DNA of 64,000 nt from an uncultured delta proteobacterium (GCA_963705165.1 CAVPJD010000011.1:64001-128000), one strand, 5' to 3'. Counted from the stretch's first letter, positions 1 to 10,037 are shown. Program-made: numbers and translations. Notes: generated by a model from the sequence alone, not told the origin.

Positions 1-807
1 CTGCAGGTGCATGTAAAGGTGAATAAGCATTTTTTCGAGCTGGTTCCGGTCGACCTCGACGGCCCAGAGTTTTTCCTCGAGCTTTCTTCGCATGGTGATG
101 CCATCCCTGGCATTGGTGAATATGATGGAGGTCTTCCGGAGGATCTCGTTCAGATCGACCGGCTTGACCTGTTGCAACCGGCCGCCGGCCAGGCTCTGGA
201 TTCTGAGCAGAAGTTCCTTGCCGGAACGCGCCTCCTGCTCGACGGCCTGAAGCTGCTTGAATGCTGGAGAATCCTGTCCCTGGAATGTATCAAGCAGGCC
301 TTGGAGCCCCTCGAGAAGCCCGTTCATGATGAGGGCAAGGCCGCTGGTGAGAATGCCGACCGAGTCGATCTTCGTGTATTGCATGTCCGATTCGATGCGG
401 CTTCGCTCGGCTACATTTTCGTAAGTCGTCAGCAGGCGGCCGTCAGCCAGGGCTACAAAGTGGACCTGACAGAGGCGTCTGCCGCCTCGCTTGGTCTGGA
501 CCGCGAGGATGGTCTCCCGGTGCATGCCATCCGCCTTCGGGGTGCGGGCATGGAAAAGCTGATCGAGCAATTTGTGCGAGACCGGTTTATATGCAAACTT
601 TTCGAACCAGGAATGGATATCCGGGATGTCCTGGATTTCATATCCGAACATTTCCCTGAATCTTTCGTTGAGGTAATCCACGGTCAAGTCGGATCGCACA
701 GTGAGGACACCGAAGGGCATCTGCTCCATGAAATCCCGGCAGGCGTCGGACTTCGAGGGTGGGGCGGCACGATCCGGGTCCTTCTGCGGGTATGTCCTGT
801 CTGACAT
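1..807 (-). CDS. PAS-domain histidine-kinase-like protein, degenerate (runs off the window start; not in the ORF track)
   Basis: Open frame from ATG 807 to the window edge: MSDRTYPQK...FMEQMPFGVLTVRSDLTVDYLNERFREMFGY (PAS), then KIDSVGILTSGLALIMNGLL and VEVDRNQLEKMLIHLYMH, which align with the HisKA and HATPase regions. Confidence 0.8.
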   Translation of the reverse strand, partial: MSDRTYPQKDPDRAAPPSKSDACRDFMEQMPFGVLTVRSDLTVDYLNERFREMFGYEIQDIPDIHSWFEKFAYKPVSHKLLDQLFHARTPKADGMHRETILAVQTKRGGRRLCQVHFVALADGRLLTTYENVAERSRIESDMQYTKIDSVGILTSGLALIMNGLLEGLQGLLDTFQGQDSPAFKQLQAVEQEARSGKELLLRIQSLAGGRLQQVKPVDLNEILRKTSIIFTNARDGITMRRKLEEKLWAVEVDRNQLEKMLIHLYMHLQ

Positions 808-844
808 GACGTCACCTCGGCTATGATGGTTGACGCTTCGTAGA

Positions 845-859
845 GCACCAGTCATACCA
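845..859 (-). promoter_or_regulatory. sigma54 -24/-12 promoter candidate
   Basis: TGGTATGACTGGTGC (GG-N10-GC) about 40 bp upstream of ATG 807. Confidence 0.55.
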
Positions 860-1200
860 AAATCGTATGTTCTTATTTTATGAATAATAACGGGCTGTTG
901 AAATAAATAGCCCTTGGAGGGCATGCTGCCGGGTCCTGAATCCAGCATGCCGGAATGGCCGCATCCCGGGGAAAATCTCCAATGATTTCAGCCGGAACGG
1001 GAAAGTGATCCACTATGGGATGGTCCGAGATGAACAGCATGGTGAGAAACGGCCGGGACGCAGGAGAGCCCGGCAAGGGTTGATGAGCCGGGCTTCCATC
1101 ATGGGGGCCCTCGCGAAGGAATGATGCGCGAAAGCTCCTGTCACACGGCCCCGGGGGCAGGCTGCGCGGGTGGCGCGCCGCCTGCCTTGCATGGAGGGGG

Positions 1201-2568
1201 TCAGTCCACCCCGTAGGAGGCGAGCTTGCGTCTCAAGGTGTTGAGACCGATCCCGAGAAGCTTTGCCGTTCGGAGTTTGTTGTGGGTCGTCTCCTCGTAA
1301 GCCTTCAGGATGTGGCCCCGCTCCGCCTCGGCCAGGGGGACGATCGGTCCTCCCGCCAGGACGGCGGTTTGCCGCCGGGCCGGTTTCGCCCCCCGCAGGT
1401 ACTCCGGGAGGAATCGCACGGCAAGGGGCCTGTGCTGTGCGAGGTTGCACGACGACTGGATGATGGAGCGCAGCTCCCGGACGTTTCCGGGATAGTCGTA
1501 ATGCATGAGAATCTGAAGGGCGTCCTCCTCGACTTCACGATTTGCCTCCCCCCGGAATTCCCGCAGGAAGGTATTCATGAGCAGGGGAATGTCATCCCTG
1601 CGCTCCCGAAGGGGGATGATCCTCAGCCAGGCTCCTTTCAACCGGTAATACAGGTCCTTGCGGAACAGTCCCTTGATCAGCAGCTTGTCGAGATCGGCAT
1701 TGGTGGCCGCGATGAAGCGCACATCCACCTTGCGGGCTGTGCTGGTGCCGAGTTTGATGATTTCCCCTTCCTGCAGCACGCGGAGCAGCTTTCCCTGGAA
1801 GTCCAGGGGCAAATCCCCGATCTCGTCCAGGAACAGCGTTCCGCGGTTCGAGTGCTCGAGGTATCCCGCACGATCCTTTTCCGCCCCGGTGAAGGCCCCT
1901 TTGGTGTGGCCGAAAAACTCGGCGTCGAACAGGCTCCCTGTCAGCGAGGCCATGTTGATCGAGGTAAAGGGAAACGACGCCCGGGGAGAGGACCGATGGA
2001 TCGCCCGGGCCAGGAGCTCCTTTCCCGTGCCGCTCTCCCCGGTGATGAGGGCGGGCACATTGCTTGCGGCGTGAAGCTCCGCCTCCTTCAGCAGGCGAAG
2101 CATCTTTTCCGACTGGGTGACGATCGGCGCAAAGGCGTCCTTGTGCTTGATCTGGGGAAGGCTGCCTGTCTTGCCGACGGAGAGGACCTCCAGGAGACGA
2201 CGCCTCTCGAGGGCCCGATTGATCTTGGAGACGAGCTCGTCTCGTGAAACGGGTTTGGTGAGGTAATCGTAAGCGCCTTTCTGCAGGCACTCGACGGCCA
2301 TCCGGGCATCGTTGATGGCCGTCACCATGATGCACTCCGTATCGGGGCTGACGCTTTTGATGATCTCCAGGAGCTGCACCCCGGTGATCCAGGGCATGGT
2401 GATGTCGATGAGTGCAACGGCATAGCGGTCGCCCTGCTGTAAGGAAGATGCTGCAACGCGGGGATCGCTTTCCACCCGGACATCCCGGATTCCCGAACTG
2501 ATCAGGCCCCGCTTTACGCTGTCGAGAAAATCCACTTCATCATCGATGACAAGAACCACGTCACTCAT
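1201..2568 (-). CDS. sigma54-dependent response regulator (REC-AAA+-Fis HTH)
   Basis: REC domain, GESGTGKE, GAFTGA, LFLDEIGD, C-terminal HTH. Confidence 0.95.
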   Translation of the reverse strand: MSDVVLVIDDEVDFLDSVKRGLISSGIRDVRVESDPRVAASSLQQGDRYAVALIDITMPWITGVQLLEIIKSVSPDTECIMVTAINDARMAVECLQKGAYDYLTKPVSRDELVSKINRALERRRLLEVLSVGKTGSLPQIKHKDAFAPIVTQSEKMLRLLKEAELHAASNVPALITGESGTGKELLARAIHRSSPRASFPFTSINMASLTGSLFDAEFFGHTKGAFTGAEKDRAGYLEHSNRGTLFLDEIGDLPLDFQGKLLRVLQEGEIIKLGTSTARKVDVRFIAATNADLDKLLIKGLFRKDLYYRLKGAWLRIIPLRERRDDIPLLMNTFLREFRGEANREVEEDALQILMHYDYPGNVRELRSIIQSSCNLAQHRPLAVRFLPEYLRGAKPARRQTAVLAGGPIVPLAEAERGHILKAYEETTHNKLRTAKLLGIGLNTLRRKLASYGVD

Positions 2569-5500
2569 GCGCCAACTCCCTTTTGCTCGGATGGTTTTTT
2601 ACTGTGATCCGGATCTCCCAGATCGGGGATCACGACGCGGAAGGTCGCTCCCCTGCCGATTTCGCTCTCCACGGATATGGACCCGCCGACGGACTCGAGA
2701 AGATTCTTCGAGATGTAGAGGCCGAGGCCGGTTCCCATCCCCTCCTCCTTCGTCGTGAAGAAGGGGTCGAAGACGCGGGAGGCTGTCTTTGCATCCATCC
2801 CGCAGCCGTTGTCTTCAATCTCCAGGACAAGACCCTCTTTCCCGGAGGCCTCTCGCCGCACATCGAGCCGGATGTGAGAGTCCGGCTTGTCCGCCGCCTG
2901 GGCAGCATTGATCAGCAGGTTGATGAGGGTCTGCTCGATGGCATCGGGGTCGGAGACCATTTCGGGCATGTCCTGCTCAACCTGCACGGAGAAGGTCTTC
3001 ACCGTCTTGCGGATCTGCGTGTGACAGATGGCGATGGCCCTTTCCACGACGCCGGTTGGCAGGATCGGTCTTGCCCCCCTCTCGTCCTTCTTGCGCGAGA
3101 ATTCCTTCAGCTTGGCTACGGTCGTGTTGATCCGCGTGGAACCGTGCTCGATGTTCTCCAGCAGCTTCATCACATCCGTGCGAAATTCCGCGTAAGGCAT
3201 GCCCTGAACCTCAAAAAGGGGTGTCCTTGCGGCGTGCTCGTCGAGGACCGGCAGGATATCCCGGAGGTAATCGCGGAGGATCGGGATGTTGAAGCTGATG
3301 AAGTTGTTCGGGTTGTTGATCTCGTGGACGATCCCGGAGATGAGAAGCCCCAGCGAGGCGAGCTTTTCGCTCTGGATCAGCTCCCTTTCCATCAACCGCT
3401 GTTTTGTGCGGTCGGTAATCCGGATGATGGCCATGCTGCGCTCCCCGCCGCCGGCATGGACCGGGTAGACAAACACCTCCTCGTACCGGGCGGAATCCCC
3501 GCTCGAAGCGAGATCGAAGCGGGCCGGTCCTTCCCCGGCGGTGGCCGATTGGACGAGGCTGGAGGCTTCACTGCCGTAACGGTGCTCGAAGGGCTCGAGG
3601 CAGGAGGTCCCGATCATCTCCTGGTACTGTGCCGCACCGAAAAACCGCAGGGCCGCCCGGTTGAGCATGATCAGCGTCATGTCCTCCCGGACCATGATCA
3701 GCGGATCGGAGATTCCGTCGAAAACCGACCGGAGCATGTTGCGGCTCTCCCGGATCTGCTGCTCCGATTGTTTGCGTTCCGTGATGTCCCGGCCCACGCC
3801 CTGGTGTTCGACGGGGGTTCCCGACTCATCGTAGATGGACCGGTTGGTCCATTGCAGCCAGCGAACTGCGCCGTCGGGCATCTCGATGCGGAACTCCATG
3901 TGAAACACCGGGTGATGCTGAGTCAGAGAGCCGTAGGCGGTCCAGAGGTTGCGCCGGTCCTCCTTGGGTATCGAGGGAAGGTAACGCTTCCCCAGGATCT
4001 CGTCCCGAGTGTTTCCGAAATAGCGGCAGAATGCCTCATTGACAAAGGAGACCGTCCCGTCCGGACGGAAACGGCAGATGATTTCCGTCTGGTCCTCGAC
4101 GATGGCCCGATAGAGCTGCTCGCTGTTGACGAGCGCCTCTTCCGTCTTGTGGTGCTCCTCGAGCTCGAGTCGCAACAGCATGTTGGCGACGTCGAGCTCC
4201 CGGGTCTGTTCGGCAACCTGCTTCTCAAGATCATCCTTGGCGAACAGCAGAATCCGGGCGGCCTTCTTCTGGGTCGTGATGTCCAGGGCCGTGAAGACGA
4301 CCCCTGAGGCGATGTCGGCCGGGTCAATGGGGGCGGAGCTCAGATGGACATCGAAGAGGGTGCCATCCTTCCGCCGCCAGCGCGTCTCGACAGCCCCTTT
4401 GCCCCTCGCTTCGATCTCGGCATACTTTTGCCGGCCCGCCCGTTCAAACTCCTCGTCATCGGGGTAAAGGACACGGGCGCTTTTTCCCTTGATATCCTCG
4501 ATCGCGTATCCCGTCATCTGGGTCATGCCCTCATTCACCCACCCCAGGACGCGGTCATGGACGATCCCCACACCAATGGGGGCCGCCTTCAGGATGCTTC
4601 CCAACAGGGCCTCGTTCTTCCGCAGGGCCTCCTGGACCCGCTTGAGCTCGCTGATATCCGTGACGGTCCCCGAGGAGCCGACGATCCGGCCGTTTCGCAC
4701 AATCGGCCGAGACCTCGTCAACGTCTGGAAGCGGCTCCCGTCTCTCCGGAGCATCGTGTACTCCTGATAAACCAGCGGCGTCCCTTCCCGGATCGACCGG
4801 ATGTTCCGGATGGCCGTTTCGCGATCCTCGGGGACGATGACAGAAAGAAAGTTGACCCCCTTTTCCACCTCGACGGCGCTGTAGTTGAACATCTCCAGGG
4901 CCGTGTTGTTGGCGTAGTTCACCTTGCCGTCGAAGTCCGCCTCGTAGATCCCGACGGGCAGGTGATCGGCAAGTTCGCGATACCGGGCTTCACTTGCCCG
5001 AAGGGCCTCGTCGGCCTTCTGTTTCTCGGTGACGTCGAGGGCCGAGATGACGACCCCTTGTGCCGCATCGTCCGAATGGAGCGGGGTCACACTCAGAAGA
5101 ACGTCGATCATGGATCCGTCGTGGCGTTTCCATCTCGTCTGTGTTTCCCCGATTCCGTCCTTCCCGGTGCTGCCGTAGAGCTCCTTGCCCACCCGCTGGA
5201 ACTCCTCTTCGCTTTCGTAGAGGAGCCGGGCGGTCCTCCCGCTTACATCATCCTCGCCGTAGCCCGTCATGCGTTGATAGTATTCGTTGGACCAATGAAG
5301 CGTCCGTTCGCGGCCGAAGGCAATCCCCACGGGCACGGCTTTCAGGATGCTTTGCAGCATGGCCTCGCTTTTCCGCAAAGCGCTCTGCGCTTCCTTGAGG
5401 GCGCTGATGTCCGTGACGACGCCCATCAAGCCCGTCACCTTGCCGTTGTGCTTCACAGGTTTGGACGTCAGCAGTCCGGGAAAGCGGCTCCCGTCTTTCC

Positions 5501-8500
5501 GGACAAACGTATAGTCCGTGTAAGGAAGGCCCTGATCCTCGCGAAGGGCCTGCAATCGGCGCTTCGCCGTATCATGATCCTCGGGGGCGATGATCTGAAG
5601 GAAGTGGATCCCTTTTGTGATGTCATCCTCCCCGTATCCGTACATCTCCATGGCAGTTTTGTTGGCGTAGGTGAAGTACCCGTCCAATGTGGCCTCATAG
5701 ACTCCGGCAGGAATCGTGTCGGCAAGCTCCCGATAACGCGCCTCGCTGATCCGAAGGGACTCCTCCGCCTGTTTGCGCTCGGTGATGTCGGTGCAGACGA
5801 GATAGCCCGCCAGTATTTCTCCCTTGTCATTATGAATAGGAACGCCGCTGACCAATTCGTGGCGAACGGTCCCGTCTTTTCTGACCGCCATAACTTCCTG
5901 ATTCAATGTTCTCTGTCCCCTCAGGGCACGGGGCAAGGGTAATTCTTCAAGGGGGTATGGATTTCCCTGTAAATCGCAGTCCTTCCAGCTCATCTTCATC
6001 TCAAAGAGTGATTGCCCAACCGGGGTTGGCTCATCCATGATCCCGAGAAGCTCCCGGATGGCCGGATTCGCAATCCGCACCACTGCATCGGGCATACTCG
6101 CCAAGGCCATCGGATACGGAGATTGCTCGAAGGCTTGTTCGAGCAAGATTTTTGTGTTTGCCAAATCCGTCTCGGCCCGCTTGCGCTCGGTGATGTCGAT
6201 AAACGTCTCCAGAATCTTATCATCGCCGCCAATCCGGATGAGCCTCGCGGTTTTGATGATCGGCACGCGGCTACCGTCGCTTGTCAGTAGAACACGTTCG
6301 GACCTGTCAATCACCTGCCCGAGATCCGTCATGGGGCAGTGCCCCTTTTCCGCCGGACAGACATATCTTTGGCACTCCCTGCCGATCACCTTCTCTTCCG
6401 TGTCTCCAAACAACTCCAGGGCCTTGCTGTTGGCGCGCTCGATGACATGGGTCTTGGCGTCGATAATCAGCACACCAGCGTCGATGTTCTGTAGCAACAG
6501 TTTCTGCAGGGCCTCGCTGGCCCGAAGGGATTCCTCCGCCTGCTTGCGCTCTGTCACGTCACGCAGGATGCCGCCGATGCCGACCCGTCCATCCTCCAGA
6601 TTCACGCGGAACTTCGTCGTCTCCAGAAGCCGGTCGTTGATCCTCTGCTCATAGAGCAGCGGGCCTCCAGCCCGTTTCAGCAGCTTGAGGTCTGTCTCAT
6701 CCTTTTTCTTTTCCGCCGCATCCGCGGGATTAAACATTTCGCTGTCCGTTTTCCCGATGATCTCTTCCCTGGTGCGTCCCAGAAGGGAAAGACCTGCCTC
6801 GTTCACGAACAGGTACCGGCGATCGTTGTCCTTCAGGAAGACAGGGTCCCGGAAAGAATTGAGGAAGGTATGGAGCCTTTCTTCGGACTGACGCCGGGCC
6901 TCCTCGGCTTTTTTTCTCTCCGTGATGTCCCTGGAATACTCGATCACGCCCTTGAGCTGCCCGGTTTTGTGATCGACCCAGGGGTAGCTGAAAACCTCGA
7001 CCCACCCCTTGATTTTCCCGTCGGGGCCCGCGATGGAACGGGTCATGGAGGCGGCCTTCCCCGCCTCGAGGGTCTTTTGGATCGCACAGTCGCTGCAGGG
7101 GCTCTTCAGGCCGTAAAAGGCTTCGTAACACTTTCTGCCCGGAAGGGTTGGGGCGTGAGGAAACCGTTTCTCTATCGTCTTGTTGACGCGAAGGATCGTC
7201 ATGTCCGGCGCTGCGACCATGATGCCGTCCTGGATGGCGTCGAAGACCCCGGAAAGGAAACGTTCCTGATCGCGAATGGTTGCGTGCGTCTCCTCCAGGG
7301 CCCTGTCCTGCTCTTCCCTCTCGACGGCCGCACCGAGAATTTCAGATGCCGCCCCCAGGGGAGAGATCTCCTCCTCGGTCCATTGAGTATCGCCCGAGTA
7401 GTCGGCAAACCCGATGAAGCCCCACCAGCGCTCGCCCATCAGGACAGGCATGACGGCGATGGACATCTTCTTGTCGAGGGCAAGATCCGCCACGTCCTGG
7501 ACGGGGAACTGCCCGATCGTGCCGTAAATCGGCCGTCCCTCGCTCTTTTCGTAGACCCATCGGGAAAAGTGGACGGCCAGCTTAGAATTCTGAAGGAATT
7601 TTTTCCGGTTCCCATGGCTTTTGATCTGCGGGGAAAGCCACTCGTAGCTGCGCAGGACGGCGATATCTCCCTGCGCCCCGATGCGATTCTCGCAAAGGAA
7701 AACGTGGGAGGCGTTCATGGCGGCGCCAAAGCGCTCGAGAACTTTCTCGATCCGGTCCCTCCACGAAGAGCTCTTCAGAAAGCCCTCGGCGGCAAACGTC
7801 ACGGCCTCCAGGATGGCGGCACGTTTTTCCAGGACGTCCTGCGTGTACTTCCGGAATGTGATGTCCCGGCCTACGGACTGGTATTCCAGGATGTTGCCGC
7901 TGTCGTCGAAAAGCGCCCGGTAGGTCCACTGATTCCAGAGGATATCGCCGAAGGCGGTCAAGACATGGTACTCGAGGGTGTCCACGGGACGCTCTGGCCG
8001 GAGGCCTTTCAGGCGGGAATAGACTTTTTCACGGTCCGCCTCGGAGATGGACAGAAGAATGTTCCGGTCGTGCAGGTCATCCCTGTCGCAGCCGAAGTAG
8101 CGGCAATAGGCTTCGTTGACATAGGTCAGGGTGCCGTCGGGGCGAAAACGGCAGATCAGCTCCGTCTGGTCCGTACCGTCTGGATCGTCCGGATGCTCGC
8201 TGCCGGAGAGCTCTCCATGCGTTGATGGCTGGGCGGTGACCTCGTAGAGCGCCCCCTCGGAAAACACGGGCTCGCCTGCATCGTCCCGGATGTCCTTGAC
8301 CACCTTGTAGAGTCTTCGAATGCGGCCGTCCCTGTCGAGGATCGTGTAACCGCTTTCCGATGCGGACTTGATGTCCGAGCCAGCGTGGCGGATGGAGCTG
8401 GCCGGTTTCGTTTCCGTTCGGACCGACGTCGGATCGGGATGCTCTTCCGACCCCGATTTTTTTCCGGCACGCCGCCTCACGGCAGGGGCGCTGACGGGCG

Positions 8501-8597
8501 CCTTCTCCGCGGCGACTTTGCGCAGCTTTCTTTCGGCCTCGATCAGTTTGTCGATCAAGGCCTTCTTCGACATTTTCTCATAGCTTGGCTCGCGCAT
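2565..8597 (-). CDS. Giant multi-PAS/GAF sensor histidine kinase (2010 aa)
   Basis: Many PAS/PAC repeats ending in DITERK, one GAF-like segment, H-box GIVHEINNP, N-box and G-box motifs (DNGCGM, GTGLGL). Confidence 0.95.
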   Translation of the reverse strand: MREPSYEKMSKKALIDKLIEAERKLRKVAAEKAPVSAPAVRRRAGKKSGSEEHPDPTSVRTETKPASSIRHAGSDIKSASESGYTILDRDGRIRRLYKVVKDIRDDAGEPVFSEGALYEVTAQPSTHGELSGSEHPDDPDGTDQTELICRFRPDGTLTYVNEAYCRYFGCDRDDLHDRNILLSISEADREKVYSRLKGLRPERPVDTLEYHVLTAFGDILWNQWTYRALFDDSGNILEYQSVGRDITFRKYTQDVLEKRAAILEAVTFAAEGFLKSSSWRDRIEKVLERFGAAMNASHVFLCENRIGAQGDIAVLRSYEWLSPQIKSHGNRKKFLQNSKLAVHFSRWVYEKSEGRPIYGTIGQFPVQDVADLALDKKMSIAVMPVLMGERWWGFIGFADYSGDTQWTEEEISPLGAASEILGAAVEREEQDRALEETHATIRDQERFLSGVFDAIQDGIMVAAPDMTILRVNKTIEKRFPHAPTLPGRKCYEAFYGLKSPCSDCAIQKTLEAGKAASMTRSIAGPDGKIKGWVEVFSYPWVDHKTGQLKGVIEYSRDITERKKAEEARRQSEERLHTFLNSFRDPVFLKDNDRRYLFVNEAGLSLLGRTREEIIGKTDSEMFNPADAAEKKKDETDLKLLKRAGGPLLYEQRINDRLLETTKFRVNLEDGRVGIGGILRDVTERKQAEESLRASEALQKLLLQNIDAGVLIIDAKTHVIERANSKALELFGDTEEKVIGRECQRYVCPAEKGHCPMTDLGQVIDRSERVLLTSDGSRVPIIKTARLIRIGGDDKILETFIDITERKRAETDLANTKILLEQAFEQSPYPMALASMPDAVVRIANPAIRELLGIMDEPTPVGQSLFEMKMSWKDCDLQGNPYPLEELPLPRALRGQRTLNQEVMAVRKDGTVRHELVSGVPIHNDKGEILAGYLVCTDITERKQAEESLRISEARYRELADTIPAGVYEATLDGYFTYANKTAMEMYGYGEDDITKGIHFLQIIAPEDHDTAKRRLQALREDQGLPYTDYTFVRKDGSRFPGLLTSKPVKHNGKVTGLMGVVTDISALKEAQSALRKSEAMLQSILKAVPVGIAFGRERTLHWSNEYYQRMTGYGEDDVSGRTARLLYESEEEFQRVGKELYGSTGKDGIGETQTRWKRHDGSMIDVLLSVTPLHSDDAAQGVVISALDVTEKQKADEALRASEARYRELADHLPVGIYEADFDGKVNYANNTALEMFNYSAVEVEKGVNFLSVIVPEDRETAIRNIRSIREGTPLVYQEYTMLRRDGSRFQTLTRSRPIVRNGRIVGSSGTVTDISELKRVQEALRKNEALLGSILKAAPIGVGIVHDRVLGWVNEGMTQMTGYAIEDIKGKSARVLYPDDEEFERAGRQKYAEIEARGKGAVETRWRRKDGTLFDVHLSSAPIDPADIASGVVFTALDITTQKKAARILLFAKDDLEKQVAEQTRELDVANMLLRLELEEHHKTEEALVNSEQLYRAIVEDQTEIICRFRPDGTVSFVNEAFCRYFGNTRDEILGKRYLPSIPKEDRRNLWTAYGSLTQHHPVFHMEFRIEMPDGAVRWLQWTNRSIYDESGTPVEHQGVGRDITERKQSEQQIRESRNMLRSVFDGISDPLIMVREDMTLIMLNRAALRFFGAAQYQEMIGTSCLEPFEHRYGSEASSLVQSATAGEGPARFDLASSGDSARYEEVFVYPVHAGGGERSMAIIRITDRTKQRLMERELIQSEKLASLGLLISGIVHEINNPNNFISFNIPILRDYLRDILPVLDEHAARTPLFEVQGMPYAEFRTDVMKLLENIEHGSTRINTTVAKLKEFSRKKDERGARPILPTGVVERAIAICHTQIRKTVKTFSVQVEQDMPEMVSDPDAIEQTLINLLINAAQAADKPDSHIRLDVRREASGKEGLVLEIEDNGCGMDAKTASRVFDPFFTTKEEGMGTGLGLYISKNLLESVGGSISVESEIGRGATFRVVIPDLGDPDHSKKPSEQKGVGA

Positions 8598-8859
8598 TGT
8601 TTCTGTCCGTCCCCATAGAAGAATTCGGCATCAGGACGTTTATAATGCAAAAGTCAAACCGGATGGCACCTTAAGGGCAGAATTTTCAAAGGTGTCGGGC
8701 ACGGCAGTCCTCCTGCCTGCCCGACAGGCAGGAGGGGAGATTCCCTCTCGCGGAAGGGTTCCGGGGAAAGGCGAGTGTGTGGAGCCAGGAGGTTTTGAAC
8801 CGGGGTGGCCGACGATGCTGTTTTAGGGGATTCTCCTTTCCTATCATCGTTGAACGATA

Positions 8860-8996
8860 AAAAGTCCTTGCACCAAGGTGCCAGGAATTTAGAAACTTAG
8901 GGAAGTTGATTGTCTGTTATTATGCTTGCTTACCCCGCAGCAATGTTCGACAAGCTCACATCAGGCGCTGCAGGGATGCGCGTGCAATCGTTTTCA
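8860..8996. repeat. Dispersed intergenic element, copy A (hairpin, TACCCCGCAGC...GCTGCAGGG stem, TGCAATCGTTTTCA)
   Basis: Aligns by eye with 37456-37572 plus 37734-37754. Confidence 0.8.
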
Positions 8997-9299
8997 GTGA
9001 GAATGGTTGAGATTATAGAGATCGTATCCCCGCGCAAAGATCCACTCGATTTCCATCTGATCGCCCAGGTTGAGATCGATCCTTTTCTGGCGGGGCAGCA
9101 CTTTACGGACCTCGTCGATACAGGGCAAAGAGTGCTCCGGAACGGCCAATTTGATTTCAAAGGGTGTGTCCTCCAGCACGACGATCCTGTTGGCCGAGCA
9201 ATACTTCTCGCCGATGATGCCCTGGAGGTGTGGGTAGATTGCAACGCCTTGGAGCGAGATTTCCTTGTTTTTTTCTTCGGGGCTGTTTTTCTCCGTCAT
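8994..9299 (-). CDS. Small protein resembling a stand-alone PilB/GspE N-terminal (T2SSE_N) domain
   Basis: 101-aa ORF with RBS AAGGAG; the pattern EKYCSANRIVVLED...IKLAVP...IDEVRKVL...IEWIFARGY resembles the T2SSE_N fold. Confidence 0.55.
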   Translation of the reverse strand: MTEKNSPEEKNKEISLQGVAIYPHLQGIIGEKYCSANRIVVLEDTPFEIKLAVPEHSLPCIDEVRKVLPRQKRIDLNLGDQMEIEWIFARGYDLYNLNHSH

Positions 9300-9357
9300 G
9301 ACTCACTCCTTTCCGGTCCGTGTTCGGCAATGCATAATCGGTTTGCCCTTCATCAAG

Positions 9358-9372
9358 GCATGAGACATGCCA
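9358..9372 (-). promoter_or_regulatory. sigma54 promoter candidate for 8994-9299
   Basis: TGGCATGTCTCATGC (GG-N10-GC). Confidence 0.6.
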
Positions 9373-9471
9373 TGAAGGAAAACGGGGAGCGCAAATACAT
9401 ATTGCCTCATAATATCGACTACTTAAAAACATCTGGATCTGCGAGCGGCCGGCCGTATGCCGAGCCCCTGG

Positions 9472-9549
9472 CTGTGCCGAAATGGCACAGCATCGCAATT
9501 ATGGCCGCAGAATCAATATCTTTCACAGGGCTGTCCCAAAAAGGCACAG
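9472..9549. promoter_or_regulatory. Paired enhancer-like palindromes CTGT(G/C)CC-N5-GGCACAG
   Basis: Copies at 9472-9490 (perfect) and 9531-9549, 100-180 bp upstream of the sigma54 site. Confidence 0.55.
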
Positions 9550-9756
9550 TCCGTCTTATGCTGGCGGCACCGGACAGGGAATGAGCATTGTTGAAAGGAA
9601 GGGGCCTCTGCAGAACGGCGACGAAGAGACCGGAAAACCGTTTATCGACGAGAAGGGATGAGCAAGCAAGGAGGAGCGCCGGAACAATCCGATGAAGATC
9701 CTTCGAATCGGTGACGCTAGCAAGACGGTTTCGGCATGCGATAAAAAATTGGCCTT

Positions 9757-9795
9757 TAAAAAAGAAGGGCCGGGAGCATGCTCCCGGCCCTTTTC
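9757..9795. terminator. Intrinsic terminator downstream of the tRNA
   Basis: GGGCCGGGAG...CTCCCGGCCC stem flanked by A and T tracts. Confidence 0.8.
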
Positions 9796-9817
9796 TCATC
9801 GGCTGGCAGGCAAAAAA

Positions 9818-9893
9818 TGGTGGAGATGAGGGGGGTCGAACCCCTGGCCTCCGCATTGCGAACGCGGCGCTCTCCCAACTGAGCTACATCCCC
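9818..9893 (-). tRNA. tRNA-Ala (anticodon CGC)
   Basis: 76-nt cloverleaf GGGGATGTAGCTCAGTTGGGAGAGCGCCGCGTTCGCAATGCGG...GGTTCGA...CCACCA. Confidence 0.97.
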
Positions 9894-10037
9894 ACTTTTT
9901 GCCCAACTATCTAAAAGAAGGTACGTTTATACACCAGCAGCAAATATACTGTCAAGGACTTGTTCGGCAGCTTTAGGGGCACAGAACTTGCAGAATTGCT
10001 TCTCGGTTTTGCGATTTTCCTGGAAGGGGATTAACCT

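Noticed and set aside
7..804. 265-aa plus-strand ORF and other long antisense ORFs (e.g. 2583-4307, 22177-23886, 32241-33875, 37724-40084, 46627-48510, 53477-55282)
   Set aside because: Shadow ORFs opposite well-supported genes in high-GC DNA, with no recognisable motifs
9483..9497. TGGCAC on the plus strand as a sigma54 promoter
   Set aside because: GG-to-GC spacing is 9, not 10; better explained as half of the palindromic UAS
9818..9893. tRNA-Ala as an integration site for the ars region
   Set aside because: No integrase or duplicated tRNA 3' end seen, and the tRNA points away from the region
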